From Armatimonadota bacterium (GTDB taxonomy: Bacteria; Armatimonadota; SYMT01), in NCBI GenBank assembly GCA_046292385.1, contig JBKBRF010000019.1, positions 53,249 to 117,248 of the forward strand: 64,000 nucleotides of DNA. The letters run 5' to 3'. Under the pieces are notes generated by a model, which was not told the origin of the DNA, searched no databases, and saw nothing but the letters and a program-made list of their open reading frames with translations. Both the position numbers and the translations under genes were made by a program. Position 1 is the stretch's first letter, and the number at the start of each line of letters is the position of its first letter. Shown piece after piece: positions 18,476 through 28,936 of the stretch.

Positions 18476-20959
18476 ATGTGGCAGAGGTTCACAGAACGGG
18501 CCCGACGCGTGGTGTTCTTCGCACAGGAAGAGGCCGCTCGGCTCGGGGAAAACTATGTAGGGACCGAACATCTGCTACTGGGCCTCGTTCGCGAGAGCGA
18601 CAGTGTCGCCGCCCGGATTCTGGATCGCCTCGGCGTTCCGCTCGGCCGTATCCGCGCCGAGATCGAGCGCCAGGTGACTCGCGGGCACGGCAACCTGGGG
18701 CAGGATATGCAGCTGACGCCCCGCGCCAAGCGCGTCATTGACCTGGCGTATGAAGAGGCGCGGCAGCTTAACAATAACTACATCGGCACGGAGCACCTGC
18801 TGCTCGGCCTGATCCGAGAGGGCGACGGCCTGGCGGCGCGGGTGCTGGTGAAGCTCGGAGCGGACCTGGAGCGGACCCGCCGCGAAGTCTACGCGATGCA
18901 GGAAGGGGAGTCGCAGCAGACCCCCAACCGGCAGCGGAGCCGCACGCCCACGCTGGATGAGTTCGGCCGCGACCTGACGGAGCTGGCTCGCAACGAGAAG
19001 CTCGATCCGGTAGTCGGCCGGCACAAAGAGATCGAGCGGGTGATCCAGATCCTCTGCCGGCGGATCAAGAACAATCCGTGCCTGGTAGGTGAAGCGGGCG
19101 TGGGCAAGACCGCCATCGCCGAAGGTCTGGCACAGCGGATCATTCAGGAAGACATTCCGGAGCCGCTGAAGGACAAGCGGATCGTGGCGCTCGACCTGCC
19201 GGGTCTGGTGGCGGGCACCAAGTATCGTGGTGAGTTCGAAGAGCGCATGAAGCGCGTCATGGAAGAGGTGCGCCGCGCCGCAGGCGAGGTGATCCTCTTC
19301 GTCGACGAGCTTCACACCCTGGTCGGCGCCGGGGCGGCGGAGGGGGCGATCGACGCTTCCAACATCCTGAAGCCGGCCCTGGCCCGCGGCGAGCTCCAGT
19401 GCATCGGCGCGACCACCCAGGACGAGTTCCGCAAGTACATCGAGCGGGACGCGGCGCTGGCGCGGCGCTTCCAGCCGGTGCAGGTGCGCGAGCCGAGCGT
19501 GGACGAGACGATCGAGATCCTGCGCGGGCTGGTGGAGCGCTATGAGACGCACCACCAGGTGGAGATCCGCGAGGATGCCCTGATCGCCTCGGCGCGGCTG
19601 GCGGACCGGTACATCACGGACCGGTTCCTGCCGGACAAGGCGATCGACCTGATCGACGAGGCGTCCAGCCGGGTGCGGCTGCGCTACGCCATGCCGCCCG
19701 TGCAGCTCCGGGAGCTGAAGGGCGAGCTGGAGAAGGCGGAGCGGGAGTACCGCGCCCTGCCGGAACAGGACAACTACCTGCGAGCCTACCCGCTGCGCGA
19801 GCGGATCAAGGGTCTTCAGGAAGACATCGAGCGCATCGAGACGGAGTGGAAGGACCAGCGCGACAACGCGCAGATCCAGGTGACCGAAGATGAGGTCGCC
19901 CAGATCGTGCAGAGCTGGACCGGCATTCCGGTGACGCGCCTGGTGGAAGCCGAGACCACCAAGCTGCTCCGCATGGAAGATGAGCTGCACAAGCGGATCA
20001 TCGGCCAGGACGAGGCGATCGAGGCGGTCTCCCGAGCGGTGCGCCGCGCGCGCTCCGGCCTGAAGGACCCGAGGCGGCCTACCGGCAGCTTCGTCTTCCT
20101 CGGACCGACGGGCGTGGGTAAGACCGAGCTGGCGCGGGCGCTGGCGCAGTTCCTGTTCGACAACGAGGACGCGCTGATCCGGATCGACATGTCGGAGTAC
20201 CAGGAGCGGTTCAACGTGAGCCGGCTCGTGGGGGCTCCGCCTGGATACGTCGGTTACGAAGAGGGAGGCCAGCTCACCGAAGCGGTCCGGCGCAAGCCGT
20301 ACAGCGTGGTGCTGCTGGACGAGATCGAGAAGGCACACCCGGAGGTGTTCAACATCCTCCTGCAGGTGCTGGACGATGGCCGCCTGACCGACAGCCAGGG
20401 CCGCATCGTCGACTTCAAGAACGCGGTCATCATCATGACCAGCAACGTCGGCGCGCGGGAGATCCAGGAGCGGAGTGTGATCGGCTTCGCCGACCGCACC
20501 CAGCGCGGCGGCGAGATGACGGAGCGCCAGTACGAGAGCATGCGGAACCGGGTGATGGAGGAGATGAAGCGGACCTTCCGCCCCGAGTTCCTGAACCGGA
20601 TCGACGACGTGATCGTGTTCCACTCGCTGACGCACGATCAGATCCAGCAGATCGTCGACATGATGCTCAACGTGGTGCGCCGCCAGCTTGCCGCGCAGGG
20701 GATGGAGCTGGAAGTGAGCCAGTCGGCTCGCGACGTTCTCGGCAACGAGGGCTGGGACCCGAACTACGGGGCCCGTCCGCTGCGCCGGGCGATCCAGCGC
20801 CTGATCGAGGACCCGCTGTCCGAGGAAGTGCTGCTGGGGCGGTTCAGCGCCGGCGACACGATCCTGGCCGACGCGGTGGATGGCAAGATCATCTTCCGCA
20901 AGGCGGACCTGCCGGAGCTTCCGGACGAGCCGCCGGCCCTCGCGGCCAGCGCGGGTTAA
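18476..20959 (+). CDS. clpC: ATP-dependent Clp protease ATP-binding subunit ClpC
   Basis: Two Clp-N repeats, GEAGVGKT and GPTGVGKT Walker A motifs, short middle coiled coil, [18 protein letters not shown]; strong RBS. Confidence 0.95.
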   Translation: MWQRFTERARRVVFFAQEEAARLGENYVGTEHLLLGLVRESDSVAARILDRLGVPLGRIRAEIERQVTRGHGNLGQDMQLTPRAKRVIDLAYEEARQLNNNYIGTEHLLLGLIREGDGLAARVLVKLGADLERTRREVYAMQEGESQQTPNRQRSRTPTLDEFGRDLTELARNEKLDPVVGRHKEIERVIQILCRRIKNNPCLVGEAGVGKTAIAEGLAQRIIQEDIPEPLKDKRIVALDLPGLVAGTKYRGEFEERMKRVMEEVRRAAGEVILFVDELHTLVGAGAAEGAIDASNILKPALARGELQCIGATTQDEFRKYIERDAALARRFQPVQVREPSVDETIEILRGLVERYETHHQVEIREDALIASARLADRYITDRFLPDKAIDLIDEASSRVRLRYAMPPVQLRELKGELEKAEREYRALPEQDNYLRAYPLRERIKGLQEDIERIETEWKDQRDNAQIQVTEDEVAQIVQSWTGIPVTRLVEAETTKLLRMEDELHKRIIGQDEAIEAVSRAVRRARSGLKDPRRPTGSFVFLGPTGVGKTELARALAQFLFDNEDALIRIDMSEYQERFNVSRLVGAPPGYVGYEEGGQLTEAVRRKPYSVVLLDEIEKAHPEVFNILLQVLDDGRLTDSQGRIVDFKNAVIIMTSNVGAREIQERSVIGFADRTQRGGEMTERQYESMRNRVMEEMKRTFRPEFLNRIDDVIVFHSLTHDQIQQIVDMMLNVVRRQLAAQGMELEVSQSARDVLGNEGWDPNYGARPLRRAIQRLIEDPLSEEVLLGRFSAGDTILADAVDGKIIFRKADLPELPDEPPALAASAG

Positions 20960-20983
20960 GCGAGCACACGGCGAAACGCAGCA

Positions 20984-21024
20984 CGGAGCCGGGGGAGATC
21001 TCTCCCCCGGCTCCGATCTTTTTC
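20984..21024 (+). terminator. Rho-independent terminator of clpC
   Basis: cggagccgggggaga / tctcccccggctccg stem followed by atctttttct. Confidence 0.85.
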
Positions 21025-21147
21025 TGCGGTGGCCGGCTCCAAACCGGGCAAGCTCTGAATGTTAATCGACAAGACTGCGCAGGAATGACGCAGCGCTTCA
21101 CGAAAACTGAATAGAGCGGGTCATTCGCTTCTTGAAGTGTTGACGCC

Positions 21148-22320
21148 ATGAAGCAACGAAAGAAATCCGCGCTCGTCGTGGGCGCGCTGCTGCTTGTCAC
21201 ACTCCTCGTCGTATGGGCCTCCCGGGGTGCCTGGGAGCCGGCGGTCGCGCGGAGCCTCCCGGACGGAGCGCTTCACAGACTGGTCCAGGCGTGGCCGGGC
21301 TCCGGGGCCGTGCAGCTGGAGGTAGGGCGCCGCGCCTGGGACGCGGGCCGGCTCGGCGAGGCCGAGTGGGCCATGGCGGCCGCCGTCGAGCTGCTTCCCG
21401 CCGACCCGGCGGCCCGGGCGGAGTACACCCTGGTCCTTGCCGACCGGCAGGACATGCGGAACGCCGAGGCTGCTTACCGCGAGCTCGGCGCCCGTTTCCC
21501 CGGCAGTCCCCACGAGCGGATCGTGGAGGCGAGGTATCGTCTCGCCAGCGAGGGGCCCGGCTCCGCGGCCCCCCTGCTGCGGGAGCTGACTGAGCGCGCG
21601 CCGGAGCTGGCGGAGGCCTGGTATCTTCTGGGCTACTGCGCGGCCGAGCGCGGCGCGACGGAAGAGGCGCTCTCCGCGTTCCGCCGCGCGGTACGGCTCC
21701 GGCCCCGCTCGGGGCGGTACCACCGGGAGCTGGGGCAGGTGCTTCACCGGGTCGGCCAGCTCGATGCGGCGGAAGCGAGCATCCGCCGGGCACTCGAGCT
21801 CGCACCTTCGGACGACGCGACGGCGCTGGCGCTGGCGGAGCTGCTCCTCGATCGAGACCTCTCGGAGCAAAAGCTCACCGAGGCGGAGTCACTGCTGCAG
21901 TCCGCGCGTACGAGCGAGACCCTCCGCCTGGCGGCGTGTAAGGCGCTGGGACGAGTTGCCCTCGCCCGGAACGACTGGGACGCGGCGGAGCGGGCCTACG
22001 CCGAGGCGGCTCAGTCCAACGGGCAGGATCCGGACGCGCTCTACGGCCTCGCGCAGGCGCTGCGGGCGAAACGCGACCCACGCTACTCGGGCGTCCTGCA
22101 GCGGTTCCGGGTCGCCGAAACGACGCAGCGCGAGGAGCGATACCTTCGGGGCGCGCTCAAGGAGCGGCCGAACGACCCCGAAACCCGCGCGCGCCTCGCC
22201 CGCTTCTACCACCGGCTGGGACGTGTTGCCGAGGCGAGGGCCGTGCTCACCGGCTCGAGCTCCGAGACCCCGCGGGAGGCGCTCTCCGACGCCTTCAATC
22301 CCCAGGAGGCGCGCCGGTGA
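21148..22320 (+). CDS. Membrane-anchored TPR protein (module TPR-1)
   Basis: N-terminal basic + hydrophobic helix; repeated TPR consensus (AWYLLG...A...P); GTGA overlap with CRTAC1 gene. Confidence 0.85.
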   Translation: MKQRKKSALVVGALLLVTLLVVWASRGAWEPAVARSLPDGALHRLVQAWPGSGAVQLEVGRRAWDAGRLGEAEWAMAAAVELLPADPAARAEYTLVLADRQDMRNAEAAYRELGARFPGSPHERIVEARYRLASEGPGSAAPLLRELTERAPELAEAWYLLGYCAAERGATEEALSAFRRAVRLRPRSGRYHRELGQVLHRVGQLDAAEASIRRALELAPSDDATALALAELLLDRDLSEQKLTEAESLLQSARTSETLRLAACKALGRVALARNDWDAAERAYAEAAQSNGQDPDALYGLAQALRAKRDPRYSGVLQRFRVAETTQREERYLRGALKERPNDPETRARLARFYHRLGRVAEARAVLTGSSSETPREALSDAFNPQEARR

Positions 22321-23978
22321 AGCGGCGCTCCGCCATGCTCGCCGCGGCAGTCTTGCTGCTGGGTCTTGGGGTCGCTCTCTCCAGCGGCTGCGATTCTCCG
22401 GAGCGGGCCGCCGACGCCGCGACCCCGGAGCGAGCGTCGCCGTTCAACCTGCAGGAGGTCGCCGGGGAGCTCGGACTCTCGTTCCAGTCCGGGCACGGGG
22501 GGCGCTCGCCGCTCAGCACCCTGGAGACTCTCGGGCACGGGGCCGCCGTCGTCGACCTGAACGGCGACCACTACCCGGACGTCTGGCTCTTGAGCAGTCG
22601 CGGCTCCACCTACTACCGGAGCGTCGAGGGTCGCCGCTTTGAGGACGCGACGGCCGAGGCGCGGGCCAACCTTCCCGGCTACTGGCACGGCGTGACCGCC
22701 GGCGACTTCGACGGGGACGGGGATACCGACCTGTGCCAGGTCGGCTACGGCTGCCTCGCCCTGATCCGGAACGACGGAGGGGTGTTTCGCGACGCGACCG
22801 CGGCCTCCGGACTGATGCAGCCGGAGTGGGGCAGTAGCTGCGCCTTCGCGGACCTGGACGGCGACGGGCGCCTCGACCTCCTGGTGGGGGAGTATCTCGA
22901 CTTCGACGCCGGGCCGCGGCTCTGCACCGTGGGCGAGATCGAGACGGCCTGCGGTCCCAAGATCTATCCGGCGCTTTACCCTCGGGTCTACCGGAACCTC
23001 GGCGAGGGCCGCTTCGAAGACGTAACGAAGCGCTGGGGCTTCGACACCGCCTCCGGTAAGGCGCTCGGCATCGCCCTGGGCGACTACAACGGGGACGGCC
23101 GGCTGGACGTGGCATTCGCCAACGACGAGATGCCCCAGGACCTGTTCATCCGCAAGCCGGGGCCGGAGGTCCGCTTCCAGAACCAGGCCGTGGAGCTCGG
23201 TTTTGCCTACCTCGGGACGGGCCGGGTGCAGAGCGGGATGGGAATCGACGCCGCCGATTTCGATGGGGACGGCCGCGAAGACCTGCTCGTGACGAACTTT
23301 CAGAATGAGCCGGCCGGCCTCTACCGCAATGAAGGCGGCTACTTCACGGAGCACAGCGGGCAGGCCGGCGTTGCCGAGGCGACTTTTCCGTACGTCGGGT
23401 GGGGATGCCGCTTCTTCGACGCGGACGGCGACGGCGACCTCGACCTCGCGATGGCGAACGGCCACATCGAGGACAACGTGGCGCGGGTCCGGGCGAACAC
23501 CAGCTATGCCCAGCCTCTGCTGCTCTTCGAGAACCGGGAGGGGCGGTTCCGCCGCGTCACTCCAGCGGCGGGAGATCCGTGGGAGGAGCCGTTCGTCGGC
23601 CGCGGCCTGGTGGTGGCGGACATCGACAACGATGGCGCGCCGGACCTGCTCGCCACCAACCTGGAAGGCCCGATAAAGCTCCTCAAGAGCGCCTCCCCGG
23701 GCTACGACTGGATGGGGCTGGAGGTGCTCTCCAGGGGCGGCGCGGCACTCGGCGCCCGGGTGGTGGCCGAGTGGGACCGGGGGCAGACCACCCGGCGAGT
23801 CCCGGCCGGCGGCAGTATCTTCTCGGCCCAGGATCCGCGCCTGCAGCTCGCCATCCCCGAGGGCAAAACGCTGCAGCGGCTGCGGGTCGACTGGCCGGAC
23901 GGGACGCGGGAAGCGTTCACGCCCCCGCCGCTCGGCCGCTACTCCCGCCTGGTGCAGGGTACCGGCGCGCGGCTCTAG
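22317..23978 (+). CDS. CRTAC1-family (FG-GAP/VCBS propeller + ASPIC/UnbV) lipoprotein 1
   Basis: Lipobox LSSGC; many DxDGDGxxDL repeats; SGMGID; C-terminal GARV...SAQDPRL...VDWPDG. Confidence 0.9.
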   Translation: MKRRSAMLAAAVLLLGLGVALSSGCDSPERAADAATPERASPFNLQEVAGELGLSFQSGHGGRSPLSTLETLGHGAAVVDLNGDHYPDVWLLSSRGSTYYRSVEGRRFEDATAEARANLPGYWHGVTAGDFDGDGDTDLCQVGYGCLALIRNDGGVFRDATAASGLMQPEWGSSCAFADLDGDGRLDLLVGEYLDFDAGPRLCTVGEIETACGPKIYPALYPRVYRNLGEGRFEDVTKRWGFDTASGKALGIALGDYNGDGRLDVAFANDEMPQDLFIRKPGPEVRFQNQAVELGFAYLGTGRVQSGMGIDAADFDGDGREDLLVTNFQNEPAGLYRNEGGYFTEHSGQAGVAEATFPYVGWGCRFFDADGDGDLDLAMANGHIEDNVARVRANTSYAQPLLLFENREGRFRRVTPAAGDPWEEPFVGRGLVVADIDNDGAPDLLATNLEGPIKLLKSASPGYDWMGLEVLSRGGAALGARVVAEWDRGQTTRRVPAGGSIFSAQDPRLQLAIPEGKTLQRLRVDWPDGTREAFTPPPLGRYSRLVQGTGARL

Positions 23979-24112
23979 CCGGGGAGTCACGCGCCGTCGC
24001 CGCGTGCCGTCGCGGGGGGCGGCCCCGCGGCGACAGCTCCGGAGGGAAGGCTTCTGCGGTTGGAGAACTGCCGTTCAACGGAGTGATCGACGCAGTACAC
24101 TGGAGGGTTTCT

Positions 24113-24712
24113 ATGCGTCTACTCGTCATTGGCGGGATCGTGGTGGTGCTGCTGGCGGCCGGAGTCCGGGCGGTCACCTGGTATCAGAAGGACGGCCAGT
24201 ACAGCAGCCGCGCGGCGAGCGAATTGTCGTCTCAGCAGGCCGAGATCGAAGAGTGCAAGGGGCGACTCGCGACGCTGCATGCTGCCTGGGAAAGCTATCG
24301 GAAGGCGAACGGGGGCGCCAGCCCGCCGAGCGTGGAGTCGATGGTGCCAAAGCACCTGAAAGACCCGAAGCTCCTGTTCTGTCCCACCGCCGAGCGCTGG
24401 AAGGGCAAGGCGATCATGGCCCAGGGCAACATCAAGGTCGGGGACAAGGAGTACCCCGTCACCTACGCCTTCAAGTGGATGGTGCCCGGTTACGACCGTT
24501 TCCTGGGCAGCCGCGGTGAGAACTCCGTCCTGGTCGTCTGCGAGACTCACCGGGAAGGCGTCTACCGCGCCGCCTACCAGAAGCCGCCGCAGCTCGGCAC
24601 GTTCGATCCGTCCGGCCGCGGCTCCATGGCGGACTCGGTCAACAAGGCGCCGATCCTGGCCCTCCGGCGCAGCGGAGCCGTCGACGTCATCGGCGCCGAA
24701 GAGCTCGATTAG
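24113..24712 (+). CDS. Pilin-like membrane-anchored protein (DUF1559-like body, no prepilin cleavage motif)
   Basis: GGAGG RBS then ATG 24113; N-terminal TM; ECKGRLATLHAAWESY...P...LKDPKLLFCPT resembles the C..NL.QL..A..MY...F.CP core of the neighbouring pilins. Confidence 0.6.
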   Translation: MRLLVIGGIVVVLLAAGVRAVTWYQKDGQYSSRAASELSSQQAEIEECKGRLATLHAAWESYRKANGGASPPSVESMVPKHLKDPKLLFCPTAERWKGKAIMAQGNIKVGDKEYPVTYAFKWMVPGYDRFLGSRGENSVLVVCETHREGVYRAAYQKPPQLGTFDPSGRGSMADSVNKAPILALRRSGAVDVIGAEELD

Positions 24713-24798
24713 GCGGCGGAAGAATGCTCGTCGGCCCGGGGGCGGGCCCCTGCCGCGGCGGCCCGGCGGTGGCCGCCGCCCCGCCGCGGGCGTGTCGT

Positions 24799-26439
24799 CT
24801 ACCGGCTCACTTCCAGGCTCCGGTTCAACTCGGTGACGTACTGGGTCCGGACGGTGCCGTCCGGCCAGCGGATGCGGAGCTGCACCGGTCCCTCGTGGTC
24901 CCCCAATCCGAAGTGGGCCGCCGTATCCAGACCGGAGAGCACGCTTCCGGAGGTCTTCACCTCTCGCGTCTGCTTTTGATCTCCTGCCTGCAGCTCGATC
25001 CGCGCGCCGAGGGCGAAGCGGTTCTCGCCGGGCATCCGGAGCCGCACGGAGAGCCACTGCCGGGCGGGCGATTGGTTCCGCAGCAGCAGCGCCTTCCCCT
25101 CCAGGTCGACCACCAGCAGGTCCAGGCGCCCGTCCCGGTCGTAGTCCGCGTAGCTCAGGCCGCGGCCGACGAGCGGAGAGCGTACCGCTTCGCCGGCCGA
25201 CGCGGTGCACTCCACGAACCGCCGTCCGTCGTTCCGGAATAGCTGCAGCGGCTGCCGGTAACTCTGCTGGGTGTCGAACTGCTCCACGCTGTCCCGGACG
25301 TGACCGTTGGCGATCACCACGTCGAGCCAGCCGTCGTTGTCCAGGTCGGCGAACGCGGTGCCAAATCCCACGTAGGGCATCGTGGCCGGGCCGATGCCGG
25401 TGGGGCCGCTGGTCACGGTGAACAGCCCGTTCCCGTCGTTGCGGTAGAGGCTCGTCTCCTGGGCGAAGAAGGTGGTGACGATCAGGTCCAGGCGCCCATC
25501 GTTGTCGTAGTCCCCGGTATCGACCCCCATCGCGCCCTGCATGTGCCCCTGGATGTCGTAGGCGGTTCCCGTGAGCGGCCCCACGTTCTTCCAGCGCTTC
25601 CCTTCCTGCGTCCAGAGATCGCAGGGCATCATGTCGTTGGCCAGGTAGATCGCCGGCTTCCCGCTCTCCAGCAGGTCCGAGACCACCACCCCCCAGGTCT
25701 TACCGGTGTCCCGCAGCTCTTCCGGCGGGAGCGCGCGGAAGCGGCCCCCGCCGGCGTTCAGGAGGAGCTTGCCCTGGAGCGGCTTGTAGAGCTCCGGTCC
25801 GCAGGCAAACTTCACGCCGCCGGCCTGGCAGATCTGCTGGGTGGTTTCGTCGAACTTCAGGTACTGCGGCACGTAGAGGTCGAGCCTGCCGTCACCGTTG
25901 ATATCCGCAAACGCGGCGCTCAGGGTCCAGTCGAGGCCGGTGATGCCGGCCTCGCGCGTCGCGTCGGCAAAGCGGCCGCCGCCCTGGTTCCGGTAGAGGG
26001 TGGAGCAGCGGTACCCGGTGAGGAACAGGTCCGGCCGGCCGTCGCCGTCGTAATCGCCGACGGCACAGCCCATCCAGTAGCGGTCGCTCCGGATGCCGCT
26101 CTTACGAGTCACGTCCTCAAACGTCCCGTCTCCGCGGTTCCGGTAGAGCGCGGCACGCTGCGGTCCGGCGAGGATCACGTCCGGCCAGCCGTCCTGGTCG
26201 AAGTCGAAGAACGCGCAGCCGCCGCCCGCGGTCTCCAGAATGGTGAGCGGCGAGCGCCCCTGGTGGCCGAGGCGGAAGTCGATCCCGGCCTCGTCGCCCG
26301 CGGAGACGAAGCGGATCGGCCCCGGCTCCGCAGCCTGCGTCTGGGCGCTGGCCGGGGTGGCCGGGATCACCCGCGCGGGCGAGTCGCAGCCGGCGAGCAG
26401 GGCCGCCGCGGCGCCCAGGAACAGGCCGCCCGCTCTCAT
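24799..26439 (-). CDS. CRTAC1-family (ASPIC/UnbV) lipoprotein 2
   Basis: ATG 26439 overlapping upstream TGA; lipobox LLAGC; FG-GAP repeats; GAMGVD; HFGLG...IRWPDG. Confidence 0.9.
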   Translation of the reverse strand: MRAGGLFLGAAAALLAGCDSPARVIPATPASAQTQAAEPGPIRFVSAGDEAGIDFRLGHQGRSPLTILETAGGGCAFFDFDQDGWPDVILAGPQRAALYRNRGDGTFEDVTRKSGIRSDRYWMGCAVGDYDGDGRPDLFLTGYRCSTLYRNQGGGRFADATREAGITGLDWTLSAAFADINGDGRLDLYVPQYLKFDETTQQICQAGGVKFACGPELYKPLQGKLLLNAGGGRFRALPPEELRDTGKTWGVVVSDLLESGKPAIYLANDMMPCDLWTQEGKRWKNVGPLTGTAYDIQGHMQGAMGVDTGDYDNDGRLDLIVTTFFAQETSLYRNDGNGLFTVTSGPTGIGPATMPYVGFGTAFADLDNDGWLDVVIANGHVRDSVEQFDTQQSYRQPLQLFRNDGRRFVECTASAGEAVRSPLVGRGLSYADYDRDGRLDLLVVDLEGKALLLRNQSPARQWLSVRLRMPGENRFALGARIELQAGDQKQTREVKTSGSVLSGLDTAAHFGLGDHEGPVQLRIRWPDGTVRTQYVTELNRSLEVSR

Positions 26440-27671
26440 GGCGACACCCCTTTCGGGCCGATCCGCTTCTCGAGCTGCTTCGCGCGGCGGCCGACCTCCC
26501 GGTCGTCCGGAGCAAGATCGACCGCATTGCGCGCGCTCGCCTGCGCGCCGCGGCGATCCCCCAGCTCCAGCTGGAGCTCCGCAAGCTCGAGATAGAGCTC
26601 CGCCTGTCCCGGCCGGTTGCCGAGATTGATCCGCAGCTCGTCGATCCGGCGCAGGAGGTCCTGGCGATGCCGATAGGTAGCGAGCAGCCGCTCCGCTTCC
26701 TCGCGGCGATCGAGGCGGAGCTGCACCTGGGCGAGGGCATAGTACGCCTCGTTCAAGTCCGGAGTGGTGCGCACCGCTTCCCGGAGGTGCTCGTCGGCGG
26801 CGTGCCACTGCTGGCGCTGTACGGCGACCTGACCATGCAGGAACGGCAGCAGCGGGTGCGTCGAGCTGAGCGCTTCCAGCCGCTCGACCGCCTGCTGCGC
26901 CAGCTCGGTATCGGATCCGCCCCGGCCGGTGGTCAGGAGCATCTTGGCCAGGTTCGCCTGGATCTGCACGTCGCCGGGCGCGCGGGTGGAGGCGAGCTGC
27001 AGGGCCTGGGTCGCCCCGGGGATGTTTCCGAGGGCGGCGTGAATGCTCGCCTGGATCGAGAGGTAGTTCGGGTCGTCCGGCACCTTCGCCAGCGCCTGGC
27101 TCACGGCGGCCTGTGCCCGGGCCACCTGCTGCAGCTGGAGGTAGCAGACTGCCTGCTCATAGAAGGCGTCGGAAAAGCCCGGGTCCCGCTCCGTCACGGC
27201 CCGGAACTGGTCGAGGGCATGGCCGTAGGAGCCCTGGCGTCGATAGAGGCGGCCGAGTGCCATGCGGGCCAGGGAGAATTCCGGGTGGTGATTCACCGCC
27301 GCCTTGAGCACCTGCTCGGCCTCCGGATACTCCTTCCGGGCCGTCAGGATCTCGCCGAGGCCGGTCGCCACCTCCGGGTCGCTCGGATCGAGCTCGAAGG
27401 CGTGCCGCAGCGCCGGCTCGGCCATGTCGCCGTCGCCGCTGCGAGCGAGGCGGAGTCCCAGTTGCCGCCAAGCCAGCCGATCGGTCCCGGCATCTTCCGC
27501 CAGGCGCTTCAGCGCCACCATGCCCATCCGGCTGTAGCGGAGCTCCGCGTTCCATGGACCGAACCACCAGACCAGGCCGGCTATCGCCACCGCCGCCAGC
27601 GCAAAGGCGAACGCCGGCGCCCGCCTCCGGCTGGCCGGCTGAACGGCCACTTCCACCGCAGTGTTCGACAT
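26436..27671 (-). CDS. Membrane-anchored TPR protein (TPR-2)
   Basis: N-terminal TM ending WWFGPW; multiple TPR repeats. Confidence 0.85.
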   Translation of the reverse strand: MSNTAVEVAVQPASRRRAPAFAFALAAVAIAGLVWWFGPWNAELRYSRMGMVALKRLAEDAGTDRLAWRQLGLRLARSGDGDMAEPALRHAFELDPSDPEVATGLGEILTARKEYPEAEQVLKAAVNHHPEFSLARMALGRLYRRQGSYGHALDQFRAVTERDPGFSDAFYEQAVCYLQLQQVARAQAAVSQALAKVPDDPNYLSIQASIHAALGNIPGATQALQLASTRAPGDVQIQANLAKMLLTTGRGGSDTELAQQAVERLEALSSTHPLLPFLHGQVAVQRQQWHAADEHLREAVRTTPDLNEAYYALAQVQLRLDRREEAERLLATYRHRQDLLRRIDELRINLGNRPGQAELYLELAELQLELGDRRGAQASARNAVDLAPDDREVGRRAKQLEKRIGPKGVSP

Positions 27672-28936
27672 CAGCTCTTCCCCGGTAATGCGTGAGGAGT
27701 AGATTGGATCTTATTCGCCAGTTGCTGCAGAGCTTGCTCCCGGCACTCGTTGAGTAACTTCGTGAACTGCGGATCGGCCGGCACGGTCTCCAGCGCGACC
27801 CAGCACTGCTCCGCCCCGTCGCCCGCCCGGCCGGACTTCTGCAGGGCCCGAACGAGGGCTGCCCGGACTTCCGTGTCGCCAGGATTCCCGGCGAGACGCT
27901 GCCGCAGGCGCTGAACCTCCGCGCTGTCGGGCACCCGGCTGTCTCGCGGTCTGCCGAGCCGCGACGCGACGTCGGCCAGGGTGGGGGACCGGTCCAGCAG
28001 CGCGAGCAGCTCTTCACAATCGGGATCCGCGCCGCGCTTTGCCTTCTCCCGCGCCAGCACCGACCGCGCCTCGTCGCGTCGGCCGGTAGCAATCAGGACT
28101 TCCGCCAGCGCGGCGGTAAACTGCGGCTTCGGAGCGGGGTCCCGCACCGCCTCCCGCGCCAGCTCCTCCGCCTCGGCCAGCGCCGCCGAGGTCCCGCGCC
28201 GCAGCATCAACCGCGCCAGCGGCGCGCGGACCATCCCGGTGGGGTACCCGCGCACGAGTCCGATCCGCCGACGCAGCTTCTTCTCCGCGTCCTCCTCGCG
28301 CCGGAGTCGCACTCCCAGCTCGGCAATCACCGGGTAGAGCGTGTCCTGCATCGGCTCGTGCTCGATCACCTGCATCGCCTTGTCCCAGGCCTCCTGATCT
28401 TTCCCCAGCGCAGCCAGGCATTCCGCCCAGGTTTCCAGGCTCACCATTGTGGGGGTCTTGTGCTGCGAGGCTTTCTCCAGCAGGGGAAGGGCATCCCGGT
28501 AAAGACCGGCGTCCGCGTAGACCTGCGCCAGGCTGTAAGCAGGGTCGGCGTCGTTCGGAGCCAGCTCGGCCGCCCGGCGGTAGGCATTCACCGCCCGGGC
28601 CACCTCGCCGGCGCCCGCCGCGGCCCGCGCGTAGCCGAGCCAGTAGAGCGAGGAGCGCGGCTCCTTCTTCACGAGCGATTCCATCCGCGCCGCCGCTTCC
28701 GGGTGCTCGCCCATCGTGACGAGCCGGAACGAAAGGCGATACGCGAGCTCGTGGTCGGCCGGATCGCGCTCGGACGCGGCGCGGAGCACCGGGATCGGCG
28801 CGGAGCTCAGCCACTCCTCGCGCTGGGCCAGGAACCACTGCCAGACACTCGCGACCAACGCCGCGGCTACGACCAGCGCAGCCAGCAGCCAGGATACCCG
28901 CCGCACGCGGCGATTCGAAGCAGCCGTCATCATCAC
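27671..28936 (-). CDS. Membrane-anchored TPR protein (TPR-3)
   Basis: RRVRR + TM; TPR repeats; overlaps both neighbours (start GTG 28936 or ATG 28933). Confidence 0.85.
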   Translation of the reverse strand: MMMTAASNRRVRRVSWLLAALVVAAALVASVWQWFLAQREEWLSSAPIPVLRAASERDPADHELAYRLSFRLVTMGEHPEAAARMESLVKKEPRSSLYWLGYARAAAGAGEVARAVNAYRRAAELAPNDADPAYSLAQVYADAGLYRDALPLLEKASQHKTPTMVSLETWAECLAALGKDQEAWDKAMQVIEHEPMQDTLYPVIAELGVRLRREEDAEKKLRRRIGLVRGYPTGMVRAPLARLMLRRGTSAALAEAEELAREAVRDPAPKPQFTAALAEVLIATGRRDEARSVLAREKAKRGADPDCEELLALLDRSPTLADVASRLGRPRDSRVPDSAEVQRLRQRLAGNPGDTEVRAALVRALQKSGRAGDGAEQCWVALETVPADPQFTKLLNECREQALQQLANKIQSTPHALPGKS

